Assembly (NCBI GenBank): GCA_012295275.1 | Contig: CM022665.1 | Location: forward strand, 34,596,001 to 34,660,000 | Source of the DNA: Chrysomallon squamiferum | Lineage: Eukaryota > Animalia > Mollusca | Direction: 5' to 3' | Length of the DNA: 64,000 bases | In this document: positions 11,891 through 23,600 of the stretch, one piece after another | How the letters are laid out: every line of letters starts with the position of its first letter | How positions within the stretch are numbered: the first letter of the stretch is position 1 | Made by a program: the position numbers and the translations under genes | Notes under the pieces: generated by a model | The model's input: only the letters and a program-made list of their open reading frames with translations | The model's database searches: none | What the model was told of the DNA's origin: nothing

Positions 11891-14724
11891 TTCATCCATT
11901 TCTTTAGACAGATAAGTAGATATTTTTGTAAGTAGATTATATGTATTTGGGATTTCAGTCTTGCTGAAGAGAAATATGAATTGCAACCTAGCATCATGTA
12001 AAACTGTCTGATTTACTTTTCAAAAGTCCTCAGTGTTATATAGCATTATGCAGAATATTGTGATACTGCATTATAAAAAGTAAACCAAACGTGACATGCA
12101 CGAAAGCATTAAATGAACCATAAAGTTACAACAACAAGACGTGACATTAAATCTAGGATTGTCACAGCTAATATAATTAATTGTTTTCTCGTTAGCAGTA
12201 ACACACAAGGTTTTTTGCTTTAATAGATATGTACACTTAGTAATTAATTATTTTATTGTACACTGCATTTGAACGGTTAATTCTGTTTGTCATCTTGATA
12301 CCTATTCCAATAACGGCTGGAAATGTCTAAGACCCTATTTCAGTGAGCATTAATATTCACAATGAAAGTATGTGTACAACAGGCTAGTAAGAGTTTCAGA
12401 TTTTATCAGTATGAAAAAGATATAGAGCTGCTCTTTGACACTGTTACCTTTTATAAAAGATTTTTAAATGGTTAGTATTTTTAGAATGGTTTGTCAAAAA
12501 GCGTTCTTTATACTTTTCTAAGACTTGGATTGGAGGATATAATCATTATTATTATAATTTAATTTATTAATTTATTTATCTTCTTTTTTTCTTCTTTATT
12601 TCTTCTTTTTTTTCTTTTTCTTTCTTTTTTTTTTTTTTTTTTTTTTTTTTTTGACATAAGTCAAAAATAATAATTTTAATAAATCAAATAAAATATTTCA
12701 TTTATAAAATCTCTATTAAAATTGTCTTCAACAGTTCATTACACACCTTATACAAAGACAGAATTTATTTAAACTTTGTTCGTTCTAGTTTTCTTTTAAC
12801 TAATCATTTATATTTCAATATATATATATATTGATAAATAAGCGATTTTGAAATTTTTTAAAACAATTTAAGATTACTGAAGATAAACTGTTAAATAACA
12901 GTAACTAATATATATATATTTTTTCTTTTTTCATAAAGCTTAATGATATACAGTTATGATAATCATGTACCTATTTGCGTGGCTGCCAGGATAATTTGCT
13001 TTGTGAATATTAATTAGAAGCGTGAGTGGTGAAACAAGCGAAATCTACATTCCGATATCCAATATAATTTTACAAACACTCTTTACAATTTACTCGTGGA
13101 AACTGCTGGCAAAGCCGATTTAAAATCATCGGCGAAATATGAGATTCGTGACCCAGTTTTTTCCAAGCTTGACGTTATAGGTAAGGTTCTCTCCATTATT
13201 TTTCATTGACTTTAGTATCTCTTCAGAATATTAATTATTACATCAAATTTTATTCTTGGCCAAAAATTAATTTTGGTGCTTACATGTGAATTAATTATGG
13301 TATTTACTGGCTGACATTTTCAGTTAATAACGGTTTTTGTTTTGTTACCCAATACAAACAATGGAATTTTCATTCCATTTCATTTAGTCATCTTTAGCGC
13401 GACAACATTCAAAATTGTTTGAGCTTTTGGATAAACTAAGTAATAAAAGTCTCGTACAAACTAGAAGACTGAGTTTTAAGGCGACAGAACACAGACAGAC
13501 TGTATGCAGACACTGGATCAATGATTGATCAGCATGCACCTGTGGTGACAAAACAACAATAGAGCAAATGGTAAATTCTCTCAAGTGAAAAAACTGAAAG
13601 CCTTTTATACCGCTCATTTGACAAATCGAATCAACCACCCTGGACGTTATTAACTGAGACCGAGGAACACGATATATTACTGCAGTTCGTGCTAAATTCT
13701 TCATTCAGTTAATTATTCTTTTTAAAAGATATTGCTGTGAAGCACTTCTTGTTATTGATTATTCTCACGGTATGGAGTAATACGGACCATTAACTGACTC
13801 AAAACCGGTAGTTCGAAATCACATTTGCAAGATGGTGGTAAGATTTTTCTGTTACTATAGTTCATGTTTATGTATTTATATTTCTAGTTTTCTGAACTAT
13901 TTTTTATATATATATTTTTTATCTGTTTAATCGTAATCTATCTCACTAAGGACATACAAGGCGTTAAACAGGGTTCTTCTTGCCCGTCGTGTTTCATGTG
14001 GTGTTTACTGGCCATCGATTATTGTTCGTACGAGATACAAAGACAAATTCGATTTGACGTGACCTTTTCATGAAGCCGTAGTTCAGAAGCTTGCTCCGTG
14101 AGTCAGATCTAAAATTATGTTACAAAAATATATTCATTTTTCAGTTACTGTAAAAATATACCGATATATTATCCAGGACTTATCCAAACTGTTTCACGAA
14201 ATCAAAGAGGCCATTGTCTATAATTCATGGGATGGTTTGGACATCTGAACATTAATTCTGTCTATTATGTTTGATAAAAAGGATGAATGTATAAAAATGT
14301 CTGGTCTGGCAGAAACGATGATGATTATAAAGTTATTGGAAATAGGATAGGACACAGATTAACTGTTACTATGTTAGACGAGTTAGAGGTGTTATGATCG
14401 ATCCCGCTTCTCTTAGAGATTTAGTTTGTGTGTGTGATATTATGCGTTATATATATATAGGAAGGTGTAATTCGTACGTACATACACACACATTCACATA
14501 TAAACACATGCATGCTTAGAGTAGCAAGGCTTATTGGTACATACGCTTTTACATGTTTACTAGTTTATATTTGTAGAATTCTGAATATAAGGTATATTTT
14601 ATAGTCAGATGTTATTATTAATAAGTTAAGTAGTGGTTATATGCGTTCGTGTGTTGGTGTGGGAGTGGATATGGGTGTGTTTGTATGTGTGTGAGATATT
14701 GCGATTTAACATACCGGTTGTGGA

Positions 14725-14820
14725 GCAAAGGCTCTAATGAGAAATAACTCAGTATGTCCATCAATCTCCGACGACTCGTCGCACTTTGAGCGGACGCTCT
14801 ACCACTGAACCATGTTGCAT
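14725..14820 (-). mobile_element. tRNA-derived SINE 5' head fragment
   Basis: The minus strand reads TGGTTCAGTGGTAGAGCGTCCGCTCAAAGTGCGACGAGTC...TGAGTTATTTCTC: an A-box-like tRNA head followed by the SINE body. There is no complete cloverleaf. Confidence 0.5.
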
Positions 14821-14959
14821 ATATTCCGTTCGTATGTACGTAGAGTGAATTTGAATGCTATATAAAATGAAGTGGAAAAGGGTGTGCGCAATAGCATAAG
14901 AATGCAATAAGAATGTTATGCCAGCATAGTACTGTTTGAGTGGAATTACAACTAATGAC

Positions 14960-15017
<58 letters not shown>

Positions 15018-15035
15018 TAACAATAATAATAATAT
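14960..15035. repeat. (AAT)n microsatellite
   Basis: Directly visible. Confidence 0.9.
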
Positions 15036-15061
15036 AAATAATAATAAGAAGAATAAGAATA

Positions 15062-15219
15062 AGAATTTAGATACAACGCTAAATACATTTATGAATATTT
15101 ATGAAAAAAAAAAAATAATAATTATTATTATTATTATTATTATTGTTATTATTCTTTATTATTATTTATTATTTTTTCATAAATATTCATAAAGGTATTT
15201 AGCGTTGTATCTAAATTCT
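15062..15219. repeat. Near-perfect inverted repeat (about 48-bp arms) around an AAT/ATT-rich spacer
   Basis: AGAATTTAGATACAACGCTAAATACATTTATGAATATTTATGAAAAAA (15062-15109) matches the reverse complement of 15172-15219 with one mismatch. Confidence 0.9.
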
Positions 15220-16618
15220 ACATATAACTGGCATTATGATATGAATGGCAAAATAACAAAACAGAAAGAGATAAAAATCAAATACACATGTGCGAAAGTA
15301 AACATACATCCTCATGTTTGGAACAAAGTTCTGCAATTACGACAAATAAATAACAGAAAGTTCTGTACACTGAGCCAAGCATCAACGCGTTAGTGAACAA
15401 TTCACTTACACGTGATTAGTGGTATATCAGATATCACGTAGTCATGTCCTGTCTCTTGGTAACTGCATACGCAAGAAGTTCTACCGTTAATTCAAAACGA
15501 TACCAGATCTTTGCTTTACAACACGTGCTGCGTGCATTTTCCACACACTTAGCAACCGGCCACTAATGATCTGTTACGCAGCAAGCTGAACATAATGTCA
15601 CTCAGTTCCAGTCTTTCGAGCTATGACTTTTGACCTCAACTTCAATTTGCTAAAAAGAGCAAAACAGATATGTATGTACAAAACAGAGAGAGAGAAAAAA
15701 GATAAAAGAAACATCTTGTTCAGGTATTCTAATTAATAGTTATGTGGATACACAGAATATGAAGACTACGATTTTAAGGTAGGTGTTGAAATTATGTAAA
15801 CTGAATCCGAGTGGAATCATGCATGTAATACAGTAATATGATTACGAAAAAACCCTAGAAAAAAAGCAAAAAAAAAAGAAAAAACCTACACAAAAAAAAA
15901 AAAAAACCCACAAAAAAACAACAAAAAAAACCCCCACAAAAACAACCTCCCTACACTTTAGATTAACAAAAATGGAATTGCAATTAGGTTTTGGCACCGA
16001 AAGTGTAAAACACACCGATAAGATCGTCATATATTATTTTTCTTGTTATCTGATAATGTTATGTACGTTTATATTATCTATAAATACGAACTGGCGATGT
16101 AGGAAGAGAATTAATATAATGATCACAAAATATCTAAAGAATGTGTAACTAAAATAGAGATGGTGGTTTCAAAACATCTTCGACAAAGTGTGTCCCGTAG
16201 CAGGTTATTTCTGGTAAGTGCAGACGACGCCTATTAAATTTTTATAATGTAATCTGGTTAGAGGCGTCTGCAACTTATATTATAGGCTTTAGTATACACA
16301 AATGTACAAAAACAGTTTTTACTTACTCTTAATAGAATTCAATGTGTATTTTTCAGCACACGTTTTTGTAATAACCTATTATCAAACATTAGTTCTCCCA
16401 TAAGAAGGTTATTAGCACCGTTCAAACTACTGCTAATTTTATATTTTGTTTATTAAATCAGTAGTTTTCAAACTCATTTTTATTTATTTGATACTTCAGT
16501 TTAGATTCCATCATTAAACTGAAAACATACATGAAGAAAACCGTAATTGAATGGGAAGCTAAAATAGTCGATAGCAACATGGGAAAATTAATTTTGATAA
16601 ACAAATATTTCTCGTGTA

Positions 16619-17516
16619 CAGTATTCCCTCGCTATTCTCGGGGGTTACGTTCTTTACCCCCCCTCCCCCGCGAATAGCGAAAAACCGCGAATATTGGATG
16701 CAGTTTTAAAACGTCTATTATGAGATTATATACGGTACTAAATGCTTCCCAAACACTTTCTAAAGACACTCTTACTCATTAATACAGTAATAATGTAGTA
16801 ATATTGCATGCAGTTATGTACTTCACTAATGTAGTAATGATAATGTAAACACATTTTAATTTTGTACTGAAACAATATTTTAATCAGAAAGAAACGTAAG
16901 TACAGGAGGACAGTAACACCGCATAGCATAGTTACCCATACTGTATTACTGTACCGTAAAGTCATTTTCTATGCGTACAACATATGTATTAGAATTGACA
17001 GAAAGTGGAACAAATTTAAAGGCAAACAGACAGATAAATACAGTACGCACAGTTCAGGTAATAATAATACAATTCAGTAATAATATGCAATTAAAAACAT
17101 TATTAATACACGGTCACAAAAAATATGCACTGTACATACAGTGTATGCATTTATACAAAAATACGTACTGTATTGCAATAATAATTGAAAAAATTTGATA
17201 TTGTTTGTGCTGTCACCAATAATGAATGATAATAAAATGATGATGAAATTTGCAGTGCCATACGATGATGATGATAACACTAATGTACAGTATGGCACAG
17301 CTTAGCTGCTGCTTTACAGCACTTTAGGTAATTATTCCTACTCTTCAGGCACTTAAGTCTCTATGACCTACAAAAACCCGGTTTACCGAACATTTGTTTT
17401 TATGACGTTATGACGCTAGCCTGGTATACCAGCATACGATGCGATAGGGTTAAGAGCCTAACCCGCGAATATGCGGGGCCGCGAATGGGGAACCGCGAAC
17501 AGGTGAGGGTATACTG
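16619..17516. mobile_element. Tc1/mariner-pogo type non-autonomous element (MITE), about 900 bp
   Basis: Ends are TA|CAGTATTCCCTCGCTATTC and (reverse complement) TA|CAGTATACCCTCACCTGTTC. TA lies on both flanks, and CCGCGAA subterminal motifs are iterated at both ends. Confidence 0.8.
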
Positions 17517-17579
17517 TATATATCTATAATCCAACAGTTTTTCGATGATGTCTGAGATAATAAAAAAAACTATCAAGGA

Positions 17580-17830
17580 TGCGGTGCGCTATCGGTCAAA
17601 CGATCGATCCGCCTTGATGGTCCCTTCAAGTTATTTCCAGTTCCACGTCTAAACAGTCACTGATTTTCATCTTTTGAAGAAAATGTATTAAAGATAAAAA
17701 TAATCAATAAGACTAGACTTAGTAGTGGTGGCTGCGAGTTTCCTTTCTAAAACTTTAAACCACTACAAACAATACGTAGAATAATAATTATCCGACTATT
17801 GACCGATAGGACATCATTAAACAGATTTTT
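17580..17830 (+). mobile_element. Degenerate SINE copy
   Basis: GATGCGGTGCG...GATCGATCC...TTATTTCCAGTTCCA...GTGGTGGCTGCGAGTTTCCTTTCT shares blocks with the copies at 11.5, 14.8 and 33.6 kb. Confidence 0.4.
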
Positions 17831-18250
17831 GCTTCGTCCGCAAAGGCTAAATCCAGTAACACAATACGCTGTATTTATCAGGAATTCTACAAAGCATAAT
17901 AACATTATAAGTTATTTATAAACGCATTCATATTGATCGATAGACAAAACGCGATTTCCCAAGGAAGATATTTCAGTCAGTCGTCTGCTAGACGGGTGTC
18001 AGAAATGATACAAACTGAGACAGTTTAGTTACTCTTGAAACAAAGCCTACAATTTTTATGCTATAAAATATTATTACAAAATGTTACCTTATGGTATAAA
18101 TACATTATAGTATAAATACAAAATGTTACCTTATAGTATAAATGATTAATTGCTACTTAGTGCTTGTATGAACAGCGTGGATTATTGTTAATGCTGTTAT
18201 TGTTGTTATTATTATTATTACTGATGTTGTTTTGTTATTATTAGCAATAG

Positions 18251-18253
<3 letters not shown>

Positions 18254-18298
<45 letters not shown>
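18254..18298. repeat. (CA)n microsatellite
   Basis: Directly visible. Confidence 0.95.
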
Positions 18299-18300
<2 letters not shown>

Positions 18301-20075
18301 ATAGACTCTGAAAAACGCCTTTGACTAATTCGGATTTCCGTGTAAACCGATATCATTTCAAAGTCCCGTCCAGCTATCTTTAATCTGTTTATGAACAAAA
18401 CCCTGTCTAATCCGGATATGCATCTTAATTTTGTTATTATATATCTGTAATGCATTCTTCTCTGTACTGTACTGTACTGTACTACAGTTTATTAGAATAG
18501 TCCTAGTCACTGACTTCGGATTTCGAATATATGTTCCAGAACACAAAAATAAGTTGAATAGTAATTAGTTTTGTCAACAGTGGCACACAATTTTGCAAGT
18601 ACGATAACTTCTTAAACAAGAGGAGCGATTTGCACGTAGTTAGGTTACTGCATGAGATAAACAATAGTACTTCTTTGAAGGCTTAATAAATAATGATATC
18701 ATACTTCTTGTAATTACTATATGCATGTAAATGAACAAGATTATTATTAGTGTGTGTTCATACCTATGTTAATTTACTCATTTAGATCAGGTGTCAAATG
18801 CAGAAGTGTGCATAAATACGTATGGCGCACATCTTGCATTGTCTTACTGAACTGGTTATAATGGCAGAGCGACCCCAAAAAAAAAAAAAAAAAAGACAAT
18901 GTATCGAACTTTCTAAAGCAAAATTAATAGAAGAGTTTTCATCAAATAAACTGTAAACAGAAATATTTAGCCGTACAGTGTTTACAGTGAGGTTTTTTAA
19001 AGGCGAAATGAAATAATACGACATAACCATGCCATTGTCCCAAACATAAATTAACAGAAAATATTGCACACAGACTCGTGCCATAAGTGATAAACTTATT
19101 TAACAAAAATGTTATTCTTTTGTTCGTTTACAATTGCTTGCAGCCTGCTTCCTCGAGTCTCGAACTTCTACTTATGTTGGTTTATTAATTGTAATCATTA
19201 CTGTACATATAATTATATGCAATCAGTTATCATGTCCATCTCAGTTAATTTAATTTGTATAAAAGTTTAAAAGAACTGTGTTTATTGTTAAACTCTAATC
19301 ACAACAATAAAACAGTGCATTTTGTCAACTATCCATACAGTTGGTCACATGATTTATTTATAAATAGAATTTGATGGAAATAACGCAGGTCGATCGCAAA
19401 ATATGTTCACGTCATCGCTGGACAAAATTGAGGCAAAATGTATACCTTCAGCTTATTTAAAAATATATAAAATGCTAATTATTATTATTATTATTATTAT
19501 TACAAAGAAATAAAAGAAAGAAAGAAAATTAAAAAAAAAAAAGAAGGCGATTTAGACTTTGCCGTGGGTTAAAAGCAAGGCGAATGTTTCGTCCACAAGC
19601 CCCCCTCCCCAGGAACCCTGACTATGCAATTTAAAATATGAAGACAGATCGTATTTGATATTTTAAAACCTTGTCACCATTACCGGCAGTTGTACAACTC
19701 CAACATCAAATATCTGAATGGATTGACGATATACACAAGGAACCAAACTTTCGTACACTGACGTTCTTAAAATATTAGAACAAATTAAATTTTTTACTGC
19801 TACTATCGAAGGCAAACTTTTGGAGCTGATATTAAACAGAGAGGACATGACAGAGGAGTTTGCTTTGGAGAGAAATATGGAAAAAAAAAAAAAAAAGAAC
19901 CTAAAACCCCCAGCAGTCATTATTATGTCTCAGCTGACACTCGATAGACCTGTAACATTCATAAAAAAACACATATTCCAACTTCATATTATTTTAATAT
20001 TTATAAACAGGTACTCTGTCCAAAACGGCATATCTAGATGACCCCAAGAGGATCCGGTTTTGACAGAGTCTACTG
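18301..20075. mobile_element. Possible decayed pogo-type element; only the terminal pieces are recognisable
   Basis: The right end is ...CCGGTTTTGACAGAGTCTACTG|TA (reverse complement CAGTAGACTCTGTCAAAACCGG). A weaker match, TAGACTCTGAAAAACG, at 18302 is followed by AAACCGA/TCCGGA motifs. The two ends may not belong to one insertion. Confidence 0.3.
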
Positions 20076-20666
20076 TATCTGTTGTGTTGCGTGCGTGCGT
20101 TTGTGCGTGTATGTTACATATATACATATTTAATTGTTATTACGTTTAGTCAGTCATTCAATGTAAATACATATTTATATATTGATTAGGTGTTATTATT
20201 ATAATTACTACTGCTATTACTACTGTTACTGCTTCTGAATGGAATATACAGGTGCGTTGTTGTTGTGGATGATATTTTGGTATCTGTTACTGTCGTCACT
20301 GTAGTTATAAATATTAAGTTATAATCACGATTATTATTATTATTATTATTAGTCGTAGTAGTTGTAGTAGTAATAGCAGTAGCAGTGGTGAAGGTGGTAT
20401 TAATATCATTAGTAGCACCGTTGTATTATTATTATTAGTCGCAGTAGCAGTAGTAGAAGAAGTAGTAATGCTAGTTGTAGCATCAGTAGCAATGGAGGTG
20501 GTATTAGTAGTAATAGTATAGCACAGTTGTATTATTATTATTTATTTATTTATTATTATTATTTTTCGTAGTTGTAGTAGTAGTAGCAGTTCAATAGTAG
20601 TGTTTATTTAATAATAGTTATTGTTATTATTACATTAGCATTTTATTTTCAGACTGAATTACATCA

Positions 20667-23600
20667 ATGCGAAGTTTAGTGCTTGCCGTGGTGTGGTTAG
20701 TGCTGGTGGTTTACATAGTTCTAGGAGGGGTTGTATTTCACTACACTGAGGAATCTACGGAGTCTAACACTAAGATCAACGCTTTTGACGAGTACAAGAA
20801 TTTCCTCTGTGAATATTTACTTATTAACATATAGCTTAGTCTTATGGATATTTTCGGTCTTACTCTATGTAATGTTTATTTCCAGTTTGTTTTATTTTTA
20901 TAAATTCTAACAGTTTAGATGTGATAGTACTGACAAACTTTGTTACATTATAATTATATATCTTATAATACAAAATAATAAAAATTTCTCTTTTTTATTT
21001 CGTCTTAAATGTAAATAATAATTTATAATAGTTTTATAATTGATATTAAGTGAATAAATTAATTTTGGGTCTTTTCGGTAGAAAATTTTATGAATCAATG
21101 AATTACGAAATATTACATGCAGTGATAAGCACATTTATGTACTGGTGAGTGTTTAGCGTGCGTGTGTGTTTATATACATAGGAAGATATTAAATAGAACT
21201 GGAAAGCACATGTACACTTATACCTAGAAATCATTCCTGTATTCACACACATTTATATAGTGAAAGATATACATTTAATACATTTATGTATGTCAGCGAA
21301 CTACACGTGTATTTCACACGAAGAACTGGAGGCGTTCATGAAGAGTGTTCTACAGGCGTATGACCAGGGTGTTCTTGTTACCTATAACAGCTCGTCAGAG
21401 TCAAACTGGGACCTTGCTAGTTCAATTTTCTTTGCTATCACAGTAGTCACAACCATTGGTAAGTCTACATCCGATTTTATACTGTCATAACCCGTGATAA
21501 GTCTGCTACAATCGATCATAAATCCTGACCCTATTCTACATAAAAAATTGGTCAATTTACATTTTATATATCATTGAACCATTGATAAGTATATATGGTA
21601 TCTTACATCGTTATTGGCACTGTTTTATCCGATATTACTGAACCATTGATAAGTGTACATGCTATTTTACATCGTCACAGCATTAGTATATCGACATTCT
21701 ATCTAATATCATTAAACCATTGATACATTTATATGCATATGCTATCATATACATCGTCACTACACTGTTATTTTATGCTATTTTACACTGTCCAGTTGAC
21801 ACGGCATCTTACATTTTAACAATATTCAGAAGTCTTACATAGTCACAACCACTGGCCAGGCTACACTCTGTGTTACAGGGACTAGAATACATATTTTGTT
21901 TATGAAGTATTATTATTGCGAAGGTTCGTTGTTTTAGGTAGAATATTTCAGTTACTTTACCACATCTTGATTTATGCATAAATGACACAGTATTTCCTCT
22001 CAGGGTTTTATGGTAAAGGCTTTTCTATTGTTCTTACCAGTTCACGATATTTTACTTTGGAGCTATCTTTTAACTGTATGAATTACTAGCGGAATCCTTT
22101 GGATAACCTAGCTTTTAGAAAAGGGTATACCATTATTTTGGTGAATATATCTGGTGACCCAACCCTGTTGATCGTATACTGATTAGTGTCTTACATCGTC
22201 AGAACAATATTAAATTTTGACTGAAAGGTTTGTGAAGGCCATTCGTTTAATCCACCTTAATCCGATTTTGCTAATTTCTGTTAAAAGGTTAAATGTTTTA
22301 ACAGACAACAACATGCGAGTCAGTTTACAAACGTAACTAAGCGACTAATGAACCAAAAAGAAGCTACACTTTAATAAGTTTCAAAAATCAATATGAAGTA
22401 TTCCCGTTTCAGTTTTGAATTTCAAAATCAATTCATCCTTTTCATTTACTATTCTGTACTGTACATTAAACACGAGGACGTAAAATAAAAACTGTAGGTA
22501 ACACTTGGAGGCAACAAACAAAGACAAATTGTTTACCTACATTTATAGCTTTTAGCTTATAAACAACCTTATTGCAGTCACAGGTTTTCTGGATGGTAAA
22601 ATTAAGTAAAACTTATAAATATATTTTTATCTTTTAGTCATTCATTTGTTTGTTTGTTTGTTTGTTAATTTGTTTGATTGTTTATTTGTTTGTTTATTAT
22701 TGACATCACTTACATACACTTTATTCTGACATAAAAAGGCCTTCGTGAAAAGTAAATTTAATTTTGTTCAGTCTTTCTATTATTACAAAGCAGGCACACA
22801 TAACAACAACAGAAAAATAAATTAAATATTTAATCCGTAATGATAATAATGCATTAAGTATTTTTGAATTGACCATAAAACATCAAACATGCTTCCGACA
22901 TCAGTATAAGCTTATAAAAACCAATATATTAATATTTTCTAAATTCACCATATTAATATTTGTCTAATTATTTATAAAACATCTGGATTTGGCCCTGGGA
23001 TATCAGAGAACAGATATTCATATTTCACATCAACAAGCTTTTATCTCTGGTTCCGTGTTATTTATTGACGAGCTAATACTTCTATTTCACTTTTCTTTTC
23101 TTTCTTTTTTTTTTTTAAATTTCTGCCTTCGGTTTATACGAGAGTGTGAATCAACAATACAGATAGTAATTTTCGTTTGTATAATGAGGTGGGATTTCCG
23201 CCTAATTGTCTCATGGACAAAAACTAACAGTTTGTAGGATTTAATCATTTCTTGTCCATTATTCTTTGTTCTTAGTGTCTTGCTTCGACCAAGTAAATTC
23301 CAGTTTTGACATCCCAGTCATTTAGATGAAATAATATTATTTATCCTAAACAATTAATGATACATATAAATATTGTTCAATCGGAATGAATAAATGCTTA
23401 ACGACACCCTAGAAAAATAAAAAAATAAAAATAAAAGAAAGATATATATCAAGCAATGTTATATGAATTAAACGATGATAAAAATATAATAATAATAATA
23501 ATAATAATTATAATAATAATTTTTTAAAAATTAAAGCATTGTCAATGACAAATATCATTTATATTGAAAGTATTGAACAATCTCCTGTTTATTCAATAAT

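Noticed and set aside
13090-13840. Possible upstream exons of the K2P gene (donors near 13180 and 13837) and the minus-strand ORF 13384-13704
   Set aside because: They are plausible as non-coding 5' exons but unprovable here. They cannot extend the channel ORF because of the in-frame TGA before ATG 20667, and the minus-strand ORF has no recognisable domain.
14761-14820. tRNA-like sequence on the minus strand
   Set aside because: Only an A-box-like 5' half is present, with no T-arm or acceptor stem. A SINE head explains it better.
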